NCBI GenBank assembly: GCA_964016885.1
Contig: OZ024743.1
Location: 304,358,001-304,422,000 of the forward strand
Length of the DNA: 64,000 nt
DNA from: Eledone cirrhosa
Lineage: Eukaryota
Direction of reading: 5' to 3'
Numbering within the stretch: the first letter of the stretch is position 1; each line of letters begins with the position of its first letter. Under the pieces are notes generated by a model. It saw only the letters and a list, made by a program, of their open reading frames with translations. It did not search any database and had not been told where the DNA came from. Shown here in pieces: positions 28,464 through 50,135 of this stretch. The translations under genes and the position numbers were made by a program.

Positions 28464-28826
28464 ATTAATTCAAAATATTAACAAAATAGATATTCTTGTG
28501 ATCAATTATATTTTATTATACATATTTCAGAGGTAATGAGTTAAGTTCAACAGTACGTCCTCATCAGATAAAATAAAATGATACATGACATACCCTGACA
28601 GGGTAGATGGTTAAGATTCAATCAAGGTAGTATGAAGACGTACGTTTGAACTTAACTCAGTACCTCTGAAATATGTATAATAAAATATAATTGATCACAA
28701 GAATATCTATTTTGTTAATATTTTGAATTAATGTTAATAACTCTGGAAAATCATTTTCTTGTTGAGTGCTTACAATTTATTGTAAAACTCATTCTTTGAT
28801 GTATTCATTGAACCTTGTTTAATTCT

Positions 28827-28830
<4 letters not shown>
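28464..28830. mobile_element. Fold-back hammerhead cassette
   Basis: Minus-strand HHR: tattttat-CTGATGA-ggacgtactg...-GAAA-tatgta-TA-ataaaata (about 28508-28575). The plus arm at about 28635-28732 is partial. The tail has taactc...gttgagtgc (about 28738-28769). Confidence 0.8.
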
Positions 28831-28896
<66 letters not shown>

Positions 28897-29766
28897 AATG
28901 CACACACAAAGGTACACTTATACAGAGCAGTATTAATTTATATATATATACATATAATATATATATATGTATATATAGAAAAAAAGCCAGGACCCCGACG
29001 GCAGAGCTCAAGCCGGTTCGACGGCTATTTTGGGATTAAATTAAATTTTTAGCGTGGTGTTGATGTACCCGAACTCTCTCAAGAGGTAATTCCATATAAG
29101 GGCATGCGATAATCAGGCATTTCTGAAGGTTGTAGTTATCAAAAGTAGTGGTCGAAAATCCTTGTAAACACAGTTAAAGTTTTCATGGCGGCGGTAGGGG
29201 GTGGGAGTTTGTTGAACTTCCTGTAGAACAAAGAGTGAGGAGGTGAAGCCGGTCAAGCGTTAAAAGTAAATTCTATGCAACAAATTCTAAGGAGTGTGGA
29301 TAAAGTAGGCTAGCTAAAAAGCAAGCGAAAATAGAATCATACAGGAATCTGAGAACGCGTAATTATAAAATTAAAAAACTAGAGTCTAAAACAAGAAAAC
29401 CGGGATTAATAAAATACAGATATAGAGACTAATATGTTGCACCCTTACATAATACATGCAAACATATTTTCATTTGTTTGTAAAATCGGTGAAATACACA
29501 TAGAAGACGTGCTCACTGAATACCTTTCATTGAAATCAATAACGTTCTTCTTATATATATATGCATATAGATATGTATGTCTTTATTGGGTGTACATACA
29601 TGTGTGTTCATGGGTGCAGGTGTGTAATGCCTACACGCGCACGGGCATGTGTATGTATTTGAAGTGTTCTGGGAAAAAATGTAAAAAAATATCATTTATA
29701 GTAAGAGAAGTAGATTATAAAACATTTATGCATATATATAAAAAGCTTTGATTTTACTAAACTTCC

Positions 29767-29819
<53 letters not shown>

Positions 29820-29820
<1 letters not shown>

Positions 29821-30795
29821 TTATATGTTGGTTGTATACCAACACCCCAGTATGTAGATTGGAGTACTCGACGAAGTGCGCAGGTTGGTTTGGTTACTCC
29901 GGAGTAATGTAAAATAAAATAAAATAAATAAGTTAAATGTTTAAAATTTGGCTTCGTTTATTACTGCTATATATATTTCGGTGACAGCCATCTTTGGCTG
30001 TGACCCCTTCAGGCAGTCCAGATTAGTGTGGTAGAGACGTGTACACATGTTGTTGAGGTGTTTAACTTTGTCAATACTCTGATATGCCTAGTTCCTGGTT
30101 GGGTTGTTATTTCACTGAGGAACTGGAATCATATGAATTTAAACAAACGAATTTCAGCGCCAAAGGGCTTCTTATCCTCTCATTGCTCAGTTGTTAGAAC
30201 ATTCCTATGTCAAAAGTCTATAGAATGCTGAGGAATGCTCTCAAAACTGACCAATGGAAAGAGTGACCTTACAAATCTTTATAACATTCAGATGGGTATA
30301 ACACACACACACATTTTATTCGATTTTATTTTGTTCCTTTACCATATTATTCCTTCTACCACTTTATCATTTATTTTACCTGACTCCAACAACAACACAA
30401 CTACCAACATATTAATAGAGGTCTGATGTACCTAACAATAACAAGAACAATAACTACAGATTGGCTTGCCTCAGAACGAATTTTTATAGACTTTGACTGA
30501 GGAATCTTCTAACAACTGACCAACGAGAGAAGAGGCCCTTTGACGCTGAAATTCGTTTGTTTAAATTCATATGATTCCAGTTCCTCAGTGAAATAACAAC
30601 CCAACCAGGAACTGGGCATATCAGAGTATTGACAAAGTTAAACACCTCAACAACATGTGTACTCGTCTCTACCACACTAATTCGGAGTGCCTGAAGAGGT
30701 TACAGCCAAAGATAGCTGTCATCGAAATATATATAGCAGTAATAAACGAAGCCAAATTTTAAACATTTAACTTATTTAATTTATTTTATTTTATA
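29820..30795. mobile_element. Fold-back hammerhead cassette (about 300-bp arms)
   Basis: Arms are about 29912-30215 and 30483-30795. Plus core: tgc-CTGAAGA-ggttacagc...gctgtcatc-GAAA-tatata-TA-gca (about 30687-30740). The minus core has a perfect actgc/gcagt stem I but CTGAAGG. Confidence 0.8.
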
Positions 30796-30805
30796 TATAT
30801 ATTTC

Positions 30806-30882
<77 letters not shown>

Positions 30883-31469
30883 GGAAGTTTAGTAAAATCA
30901 AAGCTTCGGCTGTATCCAAACCAACGAAATACAAAATAGGATTTAAGCAGCCAAGCACTCCATGAGAAAGCTCAGAGTAATAACATTCGTTAGACGGCAT
31001 GAAAAATGAAAATCGGTGGCAGGCAAGCCACGTCACTGAAGCGACGTAAAACCCCAACAGGTTAATAAACAAACCTGGACCGTCTCAGAGGCAGAGTGTC
31101 GTTTCTCCGATAGGTTTCTATGAAATCAAAATCAACAATCCCAATTGCGCATGTATGCAAGTTTTTGGTGTTGGAAGACCTAATTGTGGATTCATGTTAT
31201 CAACAGGTTTCCGTTCTGTGCCTTGATCCGGTATGGTATGAAGTAGCAAGCCACTGTTGCTAACAGCGGTTATGCCTCAACTAATGCGTGCTTTTTCCCA
31301 ACGAGGAAAATAACCCTGGGTTTTTGGCGGGCAAATTCAAAATGTGAACAAGGGAACCGTGTTCCCTGTACAAACCGCACTCGAGCAGGCGTTGTTAAAC
31401 AAACATAAATAATTAATCAATCAATGGAATTGTCTAATTAAATCAATTAATTAATTATTAGGGCTGGGA

Positions 31470-31860
31470 GATAATAATACAAATGGAAGATTACTTCCGA
31501 CTTCATACAGTTTGACATCAATGACTACTACTTCTCTATTTCCCCAGTCGCCCTAAATAAGGCACTAACCTTTGCACAAATAAACTCGGACCTATCCTCT
31601 GATGAAATTAGAATAAAACTAGCTGCTAGAAGGACTATCATTAGGTTCGATAATAGTTACTGGGAAAGATAAAACAGACAGAATAACTTTGATATCACTA
31701 TGGGATCTAACGGCTCAGCTCAAGTAACAGACATGGTTGGAATATATATATAACACATATCATACATAAGGAATTTGATACCCTCCAGAGAGGAATTTAT
31801 AGAGACGATACACTGCTTTTAGGTAAAAGCTTAAATAATCAAAACTTGGAAAGAAAATCA
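31470..31860 (+). pseudogene. Naiad-type PLE reverse transcriptase fragment
   Basis: IQFDINDYYFSISPVALNKALTFA...EIRI..AARRT...YW...FDITMGSNGSAQVTDMVGIY...GIYRDDTL. Homologous to the minus strand of 54700-55063. Confidence 0.85.
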
Positions 31861-31963
31861 TTTTAAAAACGAAGCCAATCTCAAACGAACTGGAATTGCT
31901 ATTAAAACAGCATTAGAAAATCGGAGAAATTATCCCTATAAACGAAAAAGGTGGCCAAATGTG

Positions 31964-32011
<48 letters not shown>

Positions 32012-32104
32012 AAAGATAACAAGGACGATTTGTTATTCCTATTACATTTATTGGTTGGTGACGCGCGTTTCGCCACTGATCAGCTCAAGATTCGATCTGT
32101 ATCG

Positions 32105-32144
<40 letters not shown>

Positions 32145-32348
32145 AAGATGAATATAAAATAAAAGTGCTTTTATAAAGGAATTTATTAGGTATTGACATA
32201 TGTTTCTGTAACAGACGGAATACCTATATATCGCTGCTTGCGTAATCATATAATGTTAGCAAGTATTCGATAGCAAATGTATAAACAGTTGTCACTTCTT
32301 CAGAGATATTGAATAAATTGGAAAAAAATCAGAAATATATATATATAT

Positions 32349-33756
32349 TGCGAGGTTTTTGATATGAAATCGTGTGTCGAAACAAATATTGTTATACTTG
32401 GGTAGGGTCATCTTGTTGTAATAATTTTGCCAGAAATAATAACAGAACACACTCACTGTTTGGTTGGTTTTCGCTTCTGCATGTTTAATATCTCCATAGT
32501 TAATTTATTTGGCAATCAATGTTCATCATTGTCTGACCAGCGGTTAAAAATACAGATATAAAGATATATATATAGTCTAACAAAGTTATCTCGTTGAACA
32601 TGATAAGAGTACCACGTCAGTGGTACTCTTATCATGTTTGCTCCTTTGTGTTCTGTTTACGCCATTTTCATTTTATTTATTTATTTTTGTCTCCGTCTCT
32701 GCGCATGCATTTGCGTGTGTATATAATGTTTGGTGTGTGTGTTCGCGTTTGGGTGTATGTGTTTTAGTTTTTGTATTCTATCTTTGTTTATTAGTGTGTG
32801 TTTATAAGTGTACTTGTGTATATTATTTATTTATTCATTCATTTATTTATATTTCTCTTAAGTCAGTATTGTTTGTTTGTGTATGTTTGTTGTTGTTTTT
32901 CCATTTATTTTTTCTGTTTAACTTTGGCTTTCTAAGCTCTATTTCGCTCGCTTCTCTGATTTGCCTACCTGTTGGGCCATTTCTATGTTTAAATATTATT
33001 TTAATTTCTATGTTGTCTATATTACCGTCATGTTTTTGTCTGGCATGTTCGTATAGTACTGGACCGTTTTTATGTTTTGTCCTTTTAATTCCCCCCAGTG
33101 TTGGTCTATTCGTTCTCCTATGCTTCAAGCTGCCTCACCTATCTACGTCGTTGTCATTTTTCTGCGTGTACATTCTGTACATCTTAAGTTATAGACTACA
33201 TTTCTAGTTTTACAGTTTATCTGGGGGTTCAAGTTACATATAACACATTTATTATTAGTACAGGCCCACTTAATGGAGTATGTCTGGCTAATCAGGGATT
33301 TTATGGTAGTTACTGTCTTTTCTACCACTTTAATCTTTAAGTGGGTCTTACTTAGGGCCTTTCTACACTGGTTAGCTAATTTCCCTCCAGGGGTGGCGTC
33401 CACAAACATGACACTCTGGATGTGTCTTTCCATTTTTGTTGGGTCGCACATGCGGGACACGTTCTTCATCACTCGTACCAAGTCTGCGATCAGAATATTA
33501 AACTTAGCACTACTGGATATTGCTGAGTTTTTTAGTATCAGGCATTTGGAGGCTATGGGTTTAGCATAGTGTGAGTGGGGAATTTGGGCCCTCTCGTCTG
33601 TAGTGTTAATCCAGAGTTTCATGTCTAATATAGGTAGTCTATTGTTAGGGTGTTTGGAGGGGTAGTCAACAGTTACAGTTATACTCTGGTGTATGGAGTT
33701 AGCTATTTGTTGGATGCTTTACATTGTGATATATTCTAAATTATTTTCGTTAGTAC
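32349..33756 (-). mobile_element. Diverged PLE family A subfamily copy (RT thumb, GIY-YIG, UTR, tail)
   Basis: SIQQIANSIHQSI...DYPSKHPNNRLPILD, HSHYAKP, ILIADLVRVM, CVIC..NCKTRNVVYNLRC, KPKLN. The tail encodes MTLPKYNNICFDTRFHIKNLA. Confidence 0.85.
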
Positions 33757-38313
<4,557 letters not shown>

Positions 38314-38386
38314 GAAGAGAGAGCGAGAGGGAGAGAGAGAGATGTATACAAATATACACACATACCTTACATACTACACATATATT

Positions 38387-38456
<70 letters not shown>

Positions 38457-38506
38457 CGATATTAGTAAGCAGCAGAAAAGAAGTATCAATATCACAACAT
38501 TATGTT

Positions 38507-38690
38507 TGGATTGGCAGTATCGGTAGAGAGTCGGACGCCATGCTTTGACGCATAAAGTTACGGCCGTTGCCATACTGAGTTCAAATCCCGCCGAGGTTAA
38601 CTTTGCCTTTCATCCTTACGGGGTCGATAAAATAAATTACCAGTAATGCACTGGGTAATTGCAGGCCTTGTGCCTAAAGTAGTAATAATT
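38507..38690 (+). mobile_element. tRNA-derived SINE
   Basis: Same family as 16958-17143, with the flanking repeat attatgttt. Confidence 0.85.
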
Positions 38691-38909
38691 ATGTTTATTC
38701 ACATGTGATGCACGTTACGCGATCGATCACCTCAAGGCAAGATCGGTAGTGATTGCACTCGAGTTTAGAATCAATACCTCATCAAACTAGCGATTATACC
38801 TTGTACTTAGCTAATCGATGGCAATACGGGCGCGGTGTATGAATAAACAACGATTATATATCAATAATTCGTTTCTGCTCCATATTATTCATATTATTCC
38901 TAACATTCT

Positions 38910-39097
38910 GGCGGTGAATTGGCAGTATAGGTAGAGGGTCGGACGCCATACTTTCCAGCATAGTTACGTCCCTTTACGGTCGGAGTTCAAATTCCGTCGA
39001 GGTTAACTTTGCCATTCATCCTTAGGAGCCGATAAAATAAAGTACTAGTAATGCACTGGGATAATTACAGGCCTTGTGCCAAAAGTAGAAACAATTA
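38910..39097 (+). mobile_element. tRNA-derived SINE
   Basis: Same family; ggagttcaaattcc B-box and gccttgtgccaaaagtagaaacaatt tail. Confidence 0.85.
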
Positions 39098-39347
39098 TTA
39101 CTAACCCTCTGCTTCTTAAGGAGACTGACTACGGTATGATACCAAATGTAGAGTAACGTATCACAGCAGGAAGCACATTATTTGCTAAACAAATTCTAAC
39201 TAAACTTTACACACCTATACACTATATACCTATCTATCTATCTGTCAATATATCTGTCTATGCGTCTCTCTGCCCATCTCTCACACAAAATCTCTCTCTC
39301 TGTCTCGCTCGCACTCTCTTTCTCTCTACCTCTCTCTCTCTCTTTCT

Positions 39348-39404
<57 letters not shown>

Positions 39405-39507
39405 CTCTATCTCTCTCTCTACATGTATATCTCTCTCTCTGTCTCTCTCTACATGTATATATATATATATATATAAATATATAAATATATATATGTATAT
39501 GTATATA

Positions 39508-39584
<77 letters not shown>

Positions 39585-39625
39585 TTATATATATAATATA
39601 TATAAAGATATATATATTTATTTAT

Positions 39626-39659
<34 letters not shown>

Positions 39660-39660
39660 A

Positions 39661-41089
39661 TATACGACTGTTATTTCTAGCAGTACGGTTATGAGACTAG
39701 TTAGATACTGTAAAGCCATGTGCGTTACGCAGTCTTTTAAATTATTTAGAAGTGAAGCATATCAATTTGTCTCTGGATGTTTACTGAGGAGAGCGGGACA
39801 TGATATTCCTACACTTATTTAACTCGAAACATATTTGGATCTTAAAGTCTAAACTTATCTACGGAACAGGTTTGATTTTGAAATTTAAATGTGTCTAAAC
39901 ATCACGGCCTTTTGGCAATACAGTTCGTCTCTGTTGATTTATTATTTTAAATCGATATGGACAAACAATTAGTATACTTCAATCTGGCTAAATTTTTCTT
40001 TTGCAATATATATACAGATGTGTTGGTATCTGTGTTTCATCACTTACATATTAATTTATACACTGCTCAGGGGATATTTTTCCTCATTCGAGCTGATTCC
40101 ATTGTAAAAGAATTCATTACCTTATTAATTTTAACTGCTCCTAGTTTGAGCTGCGAACCGCCTCATATATACGACTGTTATTTCTAGCAGTACGGTTATG
40201 AGACTAGTTAGATACTGTAAAGCCATGTGCGTCACGCAGTCTTTTAAATTATTTAGAAGTGAAGCATATCAATTTGTCTCTGGATGTTTACTGAGGAGAG
40301 CGGGACATGATATTCCTACACTTATTTAACTCGAAACATATTTGGATCTTAAAGTCTAAACTTATCTACGGAACAGGTTTGATTTTGAAATTTAAATGTG
40401 TCTAAACATCACGGCCTTTTGGCAATAGAGTTCGTCTCCGTTGATTTATTATTTTAAATCGATATGGACAAACTGTAGTATAATAATTAGTATACTTCAA
40501 TCTGGCTAAATTTTTCTTTTGCAATATATATACAGATGTGTTGGTATCTGTGTTTCATCACTTACATATTAATTTATACACTGCTCAGGGGATATTTTTC
40601 CTCATTCGAGCTGATTCCATTGTAAAAGAATTCATTACCTTATTAATTTTAACTGCTCCTAGTTTGAGCTGCGAACCGTCTCATATATACGACTGTTATT
40701 TCTAGCAGTACGGTTATGAGACTAGTTAGATACTGTAAAGCCATGTGCGTCACGCAGTCTTTTAAATTATTTAGAAGTGAAGCATATCAATTTGTCTCTA
40801 GATGTTTACTGAGGAGAGCGGGACATGATATTCCTACACTTATTTAACTCGAAACATATTTGGATCTTAAAGTCTAAACTTATCTACGGAACAGGTTTGA
40901 TTTTGAAATTTAAATGTGTCTAAACATCATGGCCTTTTGGCAATACAGTTCGTCTCCGTTGATTTATTATTTTAAATCGATATGGACAAACTGTAGTATA
41001 ATAATTAGTATACTTCAATCTGGCTAAATTTTTCTTTTGCAATATATATACAGATGTGTTGGTATCTGTGTTTCATCACTTACATATTA

Positions 41090-41095
<6 letters not shown>
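39661..41095. repeat. Tandem repeat, unit 507-518 bp, about 2.8 copies
   Basis: tatacgactgttatttctagcag starts at 39661, 40168 and 40686. The copies are nearly identical and the array is bounded by (TA)n. Confidence 0.95.
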
Positions 41096-41120
<25 letters not shown>

Positions 41121-41567
41121 CGATATTAAACAAATGGAAACTATATTTATAAAACCATATTTATTTCATTATACATATTTCAGGGATACCATATTAAAAA
41201 TATGGCATGCCTTCTTCAGATAAAATACAATATATAAGCACTTTTATAAATAAATTTGACGTACCATAAATATTATTCAACTTCCATTTAAAAAAGTTGG
41301 TTTGGTAGTGAAATGTTTGTAAATATTTAGTGTTAAGCACAGTTAAAAAGAAAGACGGAGAGAAGGAATAAATGTATGTATGTTTTAACTGTGCTTAACA
41401 CTAAATATTTACAAACATTTCACTACCAAACCAACTTTTTTAAATGGAAGTTGAACAATATTTATGGTACGTCAAAATTATTTATAAAACTGCTTATATA
41501 TTGTATTTTATCTGAAGAAGGCATGCCATATTTTTAATATGGTATCCCTGAAATATGTATAATGAAA
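41121..41567. mobile_element. Fold-back hammerhead cassette, family H1 (right arm truncated by the tandem repeat)
   Basis: HHRs at about 41162-41227 (-) and 41504-41568 (+), nearly identical to 27731-27796. Confidence 0.85.
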
Positions 41568-42919
<1,352 letters not shown>

Positions 42920-42924
42920 GTATA

Positions 42925-44475
<1,551 letters not shown>

Positions 44476-45984
44476 CATCGTAGTTAAAACAGCCCCACTA
44501 GAGAACAGTCAGGAATTAGAGAAAAACACAATGGAAAGCATCCAGCAAATAGCTAACCTCCATCAACCAGAATATTAGAGTTACTATAGACTACCCAAGC
44601 AAACACCCCAACCATCGACTACCTCTACTAGACAGAGAGCTCTGGTTACATACCATTAATAACAAAATACAAATCCTCCATTCCCATTATGCCAAACCCA
44701 TGACTTCCAAATATCTGATACACCGAAACTCAGCTGTTTCGGAACATACCAAAATCAACATACTGATTGCGGATTTGGTACGGGTGATGAGAAACGTGTC
44801 CCGCATGTGCAACCCCGATGAACTAGAGAGACACATACAACACTTCATCCACCGTATGCAGTTCTCAGGTTACAATCAGAGAGATAAAATCAGAGTGTAT
44901 AGAGGAGCCAGAACCAAATGGGAAAAAATGGTAAATAATTACACAAATGGGACCTGCCCCTTGTATAGGAGCAAATTTTGGAATAGAATAGAAAGAACTA
45001 CGAATAAGGTTAATAGAATAAACTCATGGTATGATAGCAATAAATACATGAGTGTAATGTTCATCGATACAACCCCTAGAGGTGAATTAGCTTACAAATT
45101 CAGAAGGTCCCTAGATAAACATAAACTCAATATTAAGGTAGTAGAAAGACCAGGTACCTCCATAAAAACACTTATTAGCAATACATACCCTTTTCAAAGA
45201 CCTCCCTGTATAGATAAGAAATGTATAATCTGTAAGTTTAAGCCCCCGTATTAACTGTAAAACTAGAAATGTAGTATATAGCATAAGATGTACTGAAGGA
45301 CAATGTAGAGATAAAAATATAGTGTACATAGGTGAGACAGCTCGTAGTATAGGGGAACGGATAAATGAACATTGGCGAGACCTTCAAGATAGTAAAGAAT
45401 CATATGTACTCTACCAACATGCTAAAATAGAACATAAGGGTAAATTAGAGAACATAGAAATAAAAATAGAATCTACACACAGAAAAGACGCAATGTTTAG
45501 ACAAATCACAGAAGCAATAAACATAAATGAATTACAACCAAAATTAAATAGAAAACATGAGTGGAACAGCAACATCACAACTTACAATTAAGGACAAAAT
45601 GAAAACACACACGCACATAGAACAAACAACAAACCAGTAACATGTAAATAAACAAATAAATAAACGAATATAAACACACACAGACACCCGGATGTAACAC
45701 ATGCGCAAACTAAACACACAACACACACAGAAAAACAAGATGGCGTAGGACAGAACAAAGGAGAGGCACAAAAACAAAGAAAATAATCCCCAGTCACTGA
45801 AGAGGTCACAGAATGTGTGACGAAAGAACTTTGACAATATATAAACAACCATCTGATTGTGGAACCAACCAAACAACCGGAAATTTATAAATTCCTATAT
45901 TTATAAATGTATTATAATAAATTGAAGTGAAACAACTAGTGCGTGTGTTTCTTGTTGGCAACATGACCCTCCCAAAGTATAACA

Positions 45985-46036
<52 letters not shown>

Positions 46037-46117
46037 GTAGCTACACATATATATATATGTAGATATATATATATATATTAATAAATAAATATATATGTAT
46101 ATATATTATATTAATAA

Positions 46118-46152
<35 letters not shown>

Positions 46153-46189
46153 TTCGTTTTGTGATGTTTTGCATTCTTGCAATAATATA

Positions 46190-46773
46190 CACATACTGGA
46201 TTCATCCGCCTAATATAAGGGGTGCCCCCCCCCTTGCCGAGCCCCACGTGGGGTCGGTAACGGTCATTCCTTAAATTAGTACTCGAACCAAAACCTGTTG
46301 AAAAAGTGGCTTCCTTGTTCAATCATCTTACCAGAAGCCTAACATTATTTGTGTAAGCGGACAGTACTTGATTTAGGAGTCGCAGAAACCCAAATGCTGG
46401 ATTTTACCAACCATCCCGGGGTACGGGTAAATTTTTCAATTACATATATTTTTCTTTGGTTGACCCGAATTACTTGGTCGTTTTTATGGCTGTGTGGATG
46501 ATTGTTTAACCATCGTCTCAGTGTGTTTGGCCTTTAACGTACGTTGTAGCTCTGGTTCATCTGAATCATTGAGCGCTTGCCACACATTTCGGAAGTTGTT
46601 TTTCGTTAATTCCTAACCGGAAATACGATTCTCGCTAATTCATATTTGTATTAATCTCCAGAGTCTAGCTATTGACCAGTTCATTTTCTTGATATTTTTA
46701 GTTGATTCTATTGACTGATGAATAGTTAATGTTAACTTATAACCATTCTGTTGAGAGCTTAATTCGTTTAGTG
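46190..46773 (-). repeat. Diverged member of the 613-bp repeat family
   Basis: ctagctattgaccagtt...gattctatt...gatgaatag, tagctctg...atctgaat.attgagc and cagaaaccca match the reverse complement of 41568-42180. A closer relative lies at 61450-61735. Confidence 0.7.
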
Positions 46774-46774
46774 A

Positions 46775-47216
46775 TCACACAGCAAACAAAACACTATACA
46801 CACACGCAAACGCTTGCGCAAAGAAGACAAAATAAAATAAATAAACAAGCAAATAAATAAATAAATAAATATATAGACAGACTGAATAAAAATGGCGTAG
46901 ACATACAACACAACAGGAGGAAAATATAACACCACTGACGATGTTGCAGATGTGCAACGAAAGATTTATGATTAACTATATATATGTGTTTGTGTCTATA
47001 TTGTATCTGTATTATTTTTGACCGTCGGTCAGTCAATGGCAACATCGAGTACCGAGTAAGTGAGATTACCGATATAAAAGACAGCGAGAAGCGAAAACCA
47101 ACCAAACAGTGAGTGTGTTCTGTTATTAATTCTGGCAATATTACACAAATATGACCCTCCCCAAGTATAACAATATTTGTTTCGACACACGATTTCATAT
47201 AAAAAACCTCGCAAAA
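46775..47216 (+). mobile_element. 3' UTR, HHR and tail of the diverged PLE family A subfamily
   Basis: ca-CTGACGA-t-gttgca(gatg)tgcaac-GAAA-gatt-TA-tg (about 46931-46972). The tail encodes MTLPKYNNICFDTRFHIKNLAK and is homologous to 32349-32720. Confidence 0.8.
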
Positions 47217-47230
47217 CTAATTCATCGCCG

Positions 47231-47409
<179 letters not shown>

Positions 47410-48574
47410 TACATTATATATATATACATATATATATATACAAACAATAAGCAAATAGGAGCAGACTGTCTGTCAGACAGAATACAAGTAAAGATGGAAA
47501 TAATGGAAGAGCGAAACAATAGATACGTATGACTAAATGCATAAAAGAAGAATGGAAACGATGATGTTTTTAAAAAAAATATGCTCAATACCTGTAAACC
47601 AGAAGAAAGAAAATAATAAAAAATCTGTGACAAAAACATGAACAAATATGTTAAACAAATACGAATAAAAGTAATATTACACAGAACGAAAGAAGGAAAG
47701 GTAAAAATAAAAAGAGAAAAATAATACAAGAAAGTATGACATATATATATGTGTGTGTGTATATACATGTTTGTGTGTATGTGTGCCTGTATATATATAT
47801 GTATATACATAAATATGTATATATATATATTTATATACACATATTTAGTGAAGGAGAGAAAGAGGATCCGGATGAAAAATAAGAGAATTTCAGAAAACAG
47901 AGAAGCCAGATTATCAGACAGCAACATGAGACAATGAATAGCAACAAGAACATATGTAAACAGGGGTTTGATCGTTCTAAATGGCGGAGTATATATTAAG
48001 TAGCTAAATACCGTTCTTGATGAACATCATGAAACTTTAAAAGTTCAAGAAAAATAAGATAAAAAAAGATATAATAAAATGAAACCATAATAATTTTAAC
48101 TCGATGAAGGGAGGAAATATTTTTGCAAACGTTATTATATGAATATATCATAAAAACAAATAGACATTTCTGTAATGCTTTTTTTTTTATTGCAATTGAC
48201 GCGGGTTTAAATATTTGTGGTGTGGTTTGCTTAACAGTTTATTTTCCCAGATGAATAACATTTTTTAAACGAATATTTCTGTAGATATTAATATTTACAA
48301 TCCGATTACGGGTCAAATGATAGGATTACATCCAAAAAAATATCTATTTCTTAACAATAATTCATTTCCAACGTGAATCCAAAAGTAATACTATATTTTA
48401 CAATGGCGCTTAAACGCTTAAAGTATGTAATTATGTTTGTAGTAAATACGTTATGCAATTGATTTAATGATGGGAATAGCAATGGCAGACTGAATAAACT
48501 GATATTAGTTGCGATTCTATCGCATATGCTACATTTCTTTTCGATTATAACATCGGGGTTCAAAACATTTTCTT

Positions 48575-50135
48575 CGTCGTGGGATTTTGGAATATTGTGG
48601 ATACTTTCATGTCACTGATTCAGAAAATACTATCCATATTGTCCTGGCAGAATTTTAGGTATTGGATACATTATTCCTACATTATTACTCTTCTGGAAAG
48701 CGACAGTGATTTTGTTAGGAAATCCGAATAAATCTCTACCTATGCTGATGTTTTATTAATGTGCTAATGCATGTACTATCAGGATTATTTCCTGTAATTG
48801 TGTTGGGATGGCTTTGTCATGAAGAATATGGTTTAATTAGATAGAAGAGGTTTTTCTTTTTGTTTATTTTTTTTATTTTTCTCTTTTTTGCTTTTTGCTG
48901 ATGTTTTTTGGTGGTGGAGGCGCAACATACATTCATTGAAGAGACAGAGAACTATCAGTAATTCTATGGTGAAAATAGCTCATTTTGATTATATGAAAAT
49001 AAAGCTATAGGACCAAGGCACGTCATAGCCATCTGCGACTGTGCATAAAACAGTTTCGGAATATCGGCGGCAATGGTCCAACGGAAATACAAGGTACCTG
49101 AAAGTTGATATGCCAATGGTATGGAAAGAACAGAGAGACCACAGTATAGACTGTTACTTTAGTTTCCTGAATATATTGAATATCAGTGGACAGTACTGAA
49201 GAAAATAGATGATTCTGAACACAAGCTCAGCTAGACAACGTTTTGTATATTCAAATGAGATACCTTCTTCAATATTCATGCATATTCCAGAGGAATCTTA
49301 AAAAGATGATTAATCAGCTACTGTCACAGAAAGCGTATGTGGGCAAAATGATAGTGATTTCTAACGACCGTCATCGGTCACCGATGGTTTTAGTCAACAC
49401 GAATTGAACGATCTAATACGAAACTTACGTATTTCGAAGAAATCATCTGAATTCTTAGCATTACAGTTAGGAGAAACAATGTGACAAAGGTAACCTCTGG
49501 AAGAAGACATGGTGTTTGTATGAAAATATATCATGAATGCTTATCATTTGAGAGTAAAAAGATCATATTGTCCTCACTAGACATCAAACTAAAGTTGCAA
49601 GGAAATATTTTAAAGGCTTTTTGCAGAAATGGAACATTTTCGTCTGCTGTGCCTTGGAAAAGGTGAAGCGAGGTACTGCTAATTTTGGAACCCGTGAAAG
49701 ATTCGTGTTTCCAAGTCTTAATTGAAAATATCATCATTCAATATGCATGTGAAGAATTTTCCTTGGAACTATGAGATTGATAACTATAATGAAGTCGTAG
49801 ACATAATTGTTTCTACGTTAGGCACAAGGCCAGCAATTAACTAGTGTATTACTGGTACTTTATTTTATCGACCCCGTAAGGATGAAAGGCAAAGTTAACC
49901 TCGGCAGACATAATGCGCTTTTCTTTGGGTTCTAATTGCATTAGCTCCAAGGGTATTTGGATCGTTTTCAAGATAAGCTCGGTGATCTATTTGACGATCA
50001 AGATGGGCAGTTTCGACAAGACGTAAAGACCATAGAGAAACGGAAACGCGGATGATAGGACATTCACATGATGGTGGATTAATGCTGGAGCATGCGATGT
50101 AGCCCAACACTTTGTTAATTCTTCCCCAGTGTAAT
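48575..50135 (+). mobile_element. Degenerate Chapaev3-like (CMC superfamily) DNA transposon
   Basis: KL*DQGTS*PSATVHKT..EYRRQW...MPMVWKEQRDHSIDCYF; FSQHELNDLIRNLRISKKSSEFLA; KIILSSLDIKL; DRFQDKLGDLFDDQDGQFRQDVKTIEKR. These follow the Chapaev3-type motifs GDQDK.WAPH, PMVWREP..H..DCYFC, ELNDL.RDL.LSK, PPLHIKLG and NLG..SDE.GERFHQDI. A SINE fragment lies at 49805-49904 (-). Ends are approximate. Confidence 0.75.
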
